Shown here piece after piece: positions 57,221 through 64,000 of a DNA stretch of 64,000 bases; positions within the stretch are counted from its first letter, which is position 1, and each line of letters opens with the position of its first letter. The notes under the pieces were generated by a model. That model searched no databases and was not told the DNA's origin. It was given only the letters and a program-made list of their open reading frames with translations. Location: assembly GCA_950097015.1 (NCBI GenBank), contig CATNEN010000039.1:8370001-8434000 (forward strand). Direction: 5' to 3'. The DNA is from Macrostomum hystrix (lineage: Eukaryota > Animalia > Platyhelminthes). Both the position numbers and the translations under genes were made by a program.

Positions 57221-59302
57221 TCAGTACAATACCGGCGTTTTCTCATTAGCGATCCATATTGACTTCGACGACTTCCGTAACACGCCGGCATTCCGGGGTC
57301 TGCAGCTGAGCAGAAGGCAGAACTTGAGCTTCTGTGCCGGCTCTGAGTCGGCTGGTCCACGCAGCATCAGCGTCACCACCAGTTTAGTCGACTGAGATTT
57401 GGCATCGGGGCGTAGCTTCTTTACGTCGCGTAACTTCATCATCAACTGCTGATTTCTGTCGAGTCGAATGAGGATTCGGCGAGTTAGACGGCTCTGCAGG
57501 ATGATGTCCATGTGCTCGAAGGAATTCTGCAGGATGTGGCAGGTGTGAGGGACACTGTGCTCCATCGATATTGTTACTTCTCCTTTCTCTCTGTGCTTGT
57601 TAGCACACGCGCCCCCTCTTATTGTACTTCTCCTCTCTCCCTCTATATGTTTAACTTCTTAGCTAACCTTCACTTATTCTCTTTCCTCTCCCCTGTCTTT
57701 GATTGGCCAGCTGTTTGTCTCTCTTTCCTCACCCCCTCCTTTTCAACTCTTACGCTCTGGCCCGTTCTTACTCGTCTTAACCTTCTGCCCCCCTCTTATC
57801 TCTTGGTGAATATATTTGATTCTCGGCCCAAAAGGCTCGGTTGGGCCTGCCGCTTTTCGATTGGTTCAGTGCCCTAAAGACTGTCTCTTACTGCGGAGAC
57901 TCAATTTATTTTATGAAGTCGCTACAAGCTTGCTTTCACTTGCCACACAAAAAATACGTAATAATACGATTGCTCACCCGAATGAACTTGATAAATCCGA
58001 TCTGAGACTGCTCAAATATTACCCGATCCCTGTCGCAAAAGTTGGTAACAAACTTGTTGGGATTGAGACAGCCTCGTATGTAACGCTCTTTGTCCCCTTG
58101 AGCAAAGAACTCCGCAGTGATGAGCCTGGACCAGGCGAAGTAGTAATTCCACTTCTTGGCCGGGTTGCTGATGTCACTGCATTTGATCATGAAGCAGAGC
58201 AGCAGCAGGCGCTCCTGCGCCCTGATTTGGGGCGGGAACCCATTTTCAAACAGAGCCGACAGCCTAGCAATATCCTCGCCGATTGACTCGTGCACGCTCA
58301 TGTCGGTGGCCTCAATTAGGTGGCCCATTAGATTGCATAATTGCCGCTGCTGCTGTTCGGGCAGGTGAGAAATGAGATTGCTGCACAGTAGGGTAGAGAC
58401 AGCCATACTGGCCTGATGAGACTCCAGCGAGTGCAGGTAGCGCTCTGCAAAATGACCGAGGAGTTTTGGGATTTTAACACATCTTTAAAACACCGCAGCG
58501 TCCATTTTTTACACTGGGGATGACGTCCAAATCGCAGGTCAAGTCAGTGCTTCGCATCGTCAAATGACTCTGTACGAAGAAATATCTCACAAATCCTGCG
58601 TGGAATGGTTTCATCAAGCGTCAACTCTGACCCATCAATTTTCAACAATTGTGCCCTTACTGCTTGAGAGGCACATCGACTGGCGGTGGAAATGCGACAT
58701 GCGTATCGGCTCGTCTGTCAGCGGGCTCTCTTTGCTAACCATGTTCTTCGACTTGAAGAAGTTATGAATGTCCTTGTCGTAGAAGTAGTCGTAGGTGACG
58801 CCCGGATGGTCAATGTCGTGCATTATCGCGGAGAGCAGGGCAATCAATAACTCATTGCTTTCCAGGGTGAACAGGCCTGACCTCAGAGCAGTCTGTATGA
58901 GACAGCTCATTGAATGTGCCACATCCATTCCGTGAATGATGGTGTGGTAGTAGTTGGTACAGCTGTACTTTTCCGAGATAGTCCTGGCTAGGCGGACTAG
59001 ATCGATGATATCAGCAATGGGAGGCGGCTCTCCGTTGACTCTGTGATGAAGGGACCAGACATCGCAGCAGATGTGCAGACAGAAAGGCACCATTGGTGAA
59101 TCAAGAAACCGGTCCAGTGCGAAAACGTCTAGGTCGAACCAGTCCTTGCCCCATTTTTTTAACAGTAAATCGGCACTGCCGTGATAATTGGCGTCCAGAA
59201 TCCCCATCCGATCTTGGCGATGGTCATCATTTCTTGTCGGAGCCGGAAGCCGCTTGACCCTCAAGGTGTTGGTGACCGAGTCAAATGAATAATGGTTGTC
59301 CA
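57221..59302 (-). CDS. Atypical class I 3',5'-cyclic nucleotide phosphodiesterase, catalytic domain only
   Basis: Exons ~59302-58661 and 58444-57978; the 3' exon is probably within 57221-57560 (boundary uncertain). Motifs YHTIIHGMDV, AIMHDIDHPG, LESHQ, ATDM, KCSDISNPAK, EFFAQGDKE, SQIGFI. Confidence 0.8.
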
Positions 59303-59896
59303 TCAAATCGAATGTACAACTGCATGGGCAAAATATATCCAACAGACGCTAAATTAATTTTGTACATAGAAAATCTGTTTGTCGTATGAGCCTTACTTAT
59401 TCTACTCTATTTAATCTAACTGCTAGCGAAAGCAGCCGTGTGGCCATAGACGATGAAAAACCTCATAGGCTTCATGGAATCCAAGGACCACTAGAAGAAG
59501 GACGGGATACTTTCTTGGAAAATGTATTAAAGACAAATTTTTACGGAAAACGCACTAGCGAGATAGGCACTTTTCACGTTTTCACAAATATAGATAACTT
59601 TTCATTGGATGCAGATCCAATACTGTTCTTTTAATATATCTTGCAAAATATTGCTTCAACGAATTTAAGAAAGCTTCATTCATGAATAAATGATCTGTAT
59701 TTTCGTCTATTTTATTTTACTTTCCTGTAGATGCAGAAATTTTAAGTTATTCTTCAAGGAACATCGCAGAAGACACACGATGACTCAACTGAATTTTAAA
59801 GTTGCATTGATAGATTGGCTCGAACTAATTTTAGGTTAGTTAGTTGTGTTTCCACAATTTAGCTGATTGCTTCAAATTCAGTTCGTGCATCAGCTG

Positions 59897-62800
59897 TCAC
59901 AGGCGATGCTCAAGTAAGCACTTCACTCGATCATCCGCCTTGAGAACCCTCGGCATCTTGAACTGCGCCTCGCTGATGTCCTTGTTCTGCTCGATCATGC
60001 GACGTTTCAGGGCGGCAAAGGAGCCCTGGCCAACTTGAATAACTAGCATGGAGTCAATGTGGCCCTCGGATCTGAACAGCTTGTAGTTCTCGCAGCTGTC
60101 AGTTAGCGACTTGTCAAACTACAATTATAGCAAAAGTGGAAGCAAAAAATTATATTTATTACGATCAGCAAAGCCTTATTGAGGTGCAGTGCCGATTATC
60201 CTACTGAATGCATTTATGTTCATGACAAAAACTAGACCTTCTGTTAGAATGGTTAACTACCTCGACATTCTAGTAGATAGCGGGGCAAGTCGGTGGTTCG
60301 GTATTGGTTACGATATGGTCTGAAATTTCAGAAGGCTGTTAGTACAAAGTGCAATATTCTTCACTGCAAATTATCGAAAGCTCTTAAATCACCACTGATA
60401 TCCAGGTTTTTAGATCCTTTGAATGGTCTGTCTTGTCGTTTTGTATCAATTAACAGTTGAAAAACAACCGAAATTTTTCCCCAGGGGAAAGACCACGTGG
60501 GCATTTCAAATACCCACTGCATACTTGTCGGAGACTGTGGTGATAAGGACAACTAACATTGCACTGTTTAAACCTCAATGGAGAATCCCTATTGGTATAA
60601 AATGTAAAAATGGGGTTATGGAAGTTGTTTCAACGGATAGAGCGAAATATTTCAGTCCGATTGTCATGGTGATTGGTTTTAATATTTTGGTAGATCTTTC
60701 TACTGTTAAAGGTCGTAGTCAGAAACTCCCTTACCACCGATTTCTCGTCTTCTGTTAAACGCCTATCGCCATCTAGCTCAACAAAAAGAACGTAGTACTT
60801 GGTTCCACGCGACACCTCAGCTACGGGTTCGTACAGAAAGCAGTCGCAGGCAGTGAAGTCGACAACTGTGCATTCAAGTCGTTCGGCTGACAGAATGACA
60901 CCGGCTTGAAGACTCTTCTCGGTTGTCTTCTCGACGTGGACGGAGAGAATCTGTGATTTCCTGTAGAATACAAGAGCATAATGCAAGGCCGTATCTAGAA
61001 TTGAAGCCGCAATAAGCAAAAATGTCGGTACCTGTGAGACACTTCAAACACTGGAGCGCAGCCGTCAATGTCTACAACTTTCATAATATCGCCAACGCGA
61101 AGACGGTAGCAGTTGTAGGACGTGGCAACCGTTTCGTACATGCAGCCGACCTGCAGCTCGTGCGCGAGTTTCGGACCTCCCAGATCGTTTCCATTTACAT
61201 CCACAGGAATAAACTCGAAAAATGAACCAGTGAGCAGCGGATGATACCGATCGGGCTCGTCGTCACCCACTATGCTGAGGTTGATACCGACTAGACCTTC
61301 AGTGCCCAAGACGCAGGGACAATAGGCAGGCACGTTGCCCAAGTAGCTCTTCAGGTAGCGAAACGACGACTGAAATGAGCCAGAGCGAGCCAGCATAACG
61401 AATGGAATGCTCGGCCAGGCCTTCTCAAAGAAGCCGCTAAGGTCCTTTCCATTGCCAAACAGAGCCCTGAGCTGGGCAGCTCGCTCAGGCTTCGGGCTAA
61501 GACGCTGATTCAGACGACTCAACAGCTCCGGGTCAACACCCTGAACTTTCTCAGCGTTAAGACTGCCGTTCTCAATGTCTTTAAGCAGCGAGTCCCAGTT
61601 CGCGCTAACGCATCGGACGAAAGTGATGAGGTTGGTTGGGAAGAATGAGTTGGCTGTTCCAACCCTTTCGAGTGATAGAGAAAACACGGCGTGCAGGTAG
61701 AAACAGACTTCAGATTCGTGGATTTTTAGAAACACTTCGTCTGGGGTTGTGTAAAGATCGCCTGAAATGTCAAAAGTGCTAGTTAACTAAGATTTGTGTT
61801 GAATAAAATAGTGAGCATATTTCACTTATTTGACACTAGCCAGATTTGGAACGAAGGGTAATTTGTAACGTTTCTTGAACATCATCTTTAAATTTAATTT
61901 TACTGCCCAGTGTATGATGTCACAGATACTTCATGTAAAGCTTTGGGTTGTATTTCGCAATCAGCACCCCTGTAAACAAACGAGTAACGTGCGAGAGCAT
62001 ACGCAATTAGCTTCCATAGGTTTCTCTATATCCATGGCAACGAACGTAATTCAAGTTGAAAAAACACGGACTGATTGAGCCATTTTGTCTTGATAAGACT
62101 GGCTGCTTCTTTCAAGGTCACAAGCCTCTGCTAGTTTGCTGATTAGACCACCCGACTAAAAGTAAATATTGCTTACATTCAAGCATACCATGGCGTGGTT
62201 TTTGCGTGACAGCCAACATCCACATGAAACTAGCGAACTAACAAAGTTGGCTAAATGAAAATCGGCTATTCATTATTGAATAGAAGTGGGAGTCCTGATG
62301 CGCCAGATTACTCATCACTCACCGCATGAAAAGAAGTACCTTGAAACGGGACCGACTTCGATGCCAAACTCGTTTCTCTTCTCCGCTGGCAGCACCCCCA
62401 GGTACATCTGGCGCGCCATCACGCTCTTGCGACCCACCTTGGACAGAAAGTGATTGGAGCAGGCTTGGGTGGCGAAAAAGCTGAGCACCTGCTGGAAGCG
62501 AGTACGCCTGCTGATTGGGAAGGTCTTGTTCTTGCCGGTGGTTCCGCTAGTCTTCGCCAGGTAGTGTACTGAACCCTTGAAAAAAACGTCAGGCTCTCCA
62601 CTGTAGGCAAGCTGGTTGTACTTTTCGAACTCGGCGTAGTCGCGCACGGGCACCAGAGCTCGATAGTCCTCGATGCCGAGGATTTCGTCGAAACGGTGGT
62701 CTCGGCCGAACAGGGTGCTGCGGCTCTGCCGCACAAGCCGCATCAGCGTCTTCTCCTGCAAGGCCCGCATGGCACTACGAGATTTATAGGCCCGACGGTG

Positions 62801-63626
62801 AATCCAAAGCGAGTAGCGAGCTGCGGTGGCTGTGAAGAGCGCCAGCAGCAACTGCGACCGCATGCCGACCCAGCTGAAAGACTCGCAAGGCTCCAGCCAT
62901 TTCACGTACTGGCAGGCTGCGACGCCCATGGCCGACAAAGCCGAAACCAGAGCTGAATTAGTGCGTTAGATGTACAAATATTACAATTTCAGGACGGCCG
63001 AGAACTGGCACATCATTTGGCGACAGTTGACCCGCAGCCAGCGAGGAGGCAATTCTGCCCATTTCGCTGGCTCCTGAGCACACACGCACACAGATACTGT
63101 ACGCAGGCACGCACGCACACAGGTGTGTACATCTGCCCTGTCTTTTTCATCTTCAGGCAGTGTACACTCTCACTCTGCCTTAAGGGTTGACCCTCCTGGG
63201 CGCAAATTGCATGACAAGCCCTCGATGCCTTCTCTCCACGGCTTGGGGACCTTGGTTGTAGAGGCAACTACTCACCGCTCTGCCACTCATCTCACAGAAG
63301 TGCTCGCTTTAGTGATAGAAATCAGCTATGTGCTTTTGGTTCAACATGATGATAATGAAAGCACGCAAGAAAGTTCTGATAATTGTTTTTTCATACGAGT
63401 TTAAAAAATTTGGAATAAAAACTCGAAACGAGAGATTGTTGATAAAGCGATCATATTACGAGTATACCAGTTTCAGCATAGACTCACCAAGGCCAACAAA
63501 GTACAGGCTGCAACTCCATTGAATTGAGAGCAGTGTCAGCAGAGATGCAGCCAGCACAGCAACGCAGACTGCTGTTGCATTGTTGAGTATCTGCTTAGAC
63601 GTCTGTCGTCCATCGTTTGCGGCCAT
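59897..63626 (-). CDS. GH3-domain protein (GHDC-like acyl acid-amido synthetase family) with N-terminal hydrophobic segments, 5 exons
   Basis: Exons 63626-63488, 62952-62323, 61761-61032, 60960-60735, 60118-59897; all GT-AG and in phase. Motifs TLFGRDHRF, VPVRDY, TSGTTGKNK, GTEG, FFEFIP, YRLRVGD, EKTTE, QFKMPR. Confidence 0.92.
63006..63290 (-). mobile_element. SINE family A copy in GH3 intron 1
   Basis: Homologous to SINE A. Confidence 0.82.
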
Positions 63627-64000
63627 GTCGGAAATATCATCAGGCAGGTAAAAAGTACAATTTTTATACGCACCTCAATCGAGCGCCGAGTACCTGTCAT
63701 AGCCTTGTACTTATAGCCGAGGCTCGAGTCCTTTTGCCCTTTACCTGTTACACTTTAGTCCACGCGATGTCTTATCTCTGAAATGCTCATGCGGCCTCTG
63801 TATGACGGCTATCCAGTCGGCAGCCGCATGCAAGTAAAATGAGCAAGCTTTTTCTTGTACTCGCTTTCAATACGTTGCTGCAATCTCGTAGCAGGGGCTA
63901 ATGAAAATTTTTTTGTTTATTTTAATCTTTTTTACTAAATCTGATAAGCAGCTCAATTCGCTAAACTTTAAATAGTATCTGGGTGACAGCGCCTTGTTGT

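Overview
Eukaryotic (metazoan) genomic DNA with GT-AG introns, GC-rich exons and a very high density of minisatellites, tRNA-derived SINEs and non-autonomous DNA transposons. The overall style suggests a free-living flatworm such as Macrostomum, but that is inference only. Gene content from left to right: (1) a tandem array of four intronless, co-oriented Cys-loop ligand-gated cation channel genes at 2.0-12.9 kb, which keep the Cys-loop and a near-identical pore but have lost the acetylcholine-binding aromatic box; (2) three tightly spaced minus-strand genes, CUL5 -> HPF1 -> AGXT, in which almost every intron holds its own private minisatellite; (3) an uncharacterised MGxxxS/polyQ protein; (4) a fibronectin type II-repeat type I membrane protein with a PPxY tail; (5) a degenerate tandem cNMP-binding protein; (6) a disordered/coiled-coil protein; (7) an atypical catalytic-domain-only cyclic nucleotide phosphodiesterase; (8) a membrane-anchored GH3/GHDC-family enzyme. 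The best candidate for an undescribed system is the intronless, divergent nAChR-like array, which parallels cephalopod chemotactile receptors. Other notable signals are the intron-private minisatellites (one carries a U1-snRNA-like anti-donor motif), an operon-like layout, a THAP/P-type transposon nested in a minisatellite, and a localised CpG-deamination footprint. All exon boundaries were read by hand.
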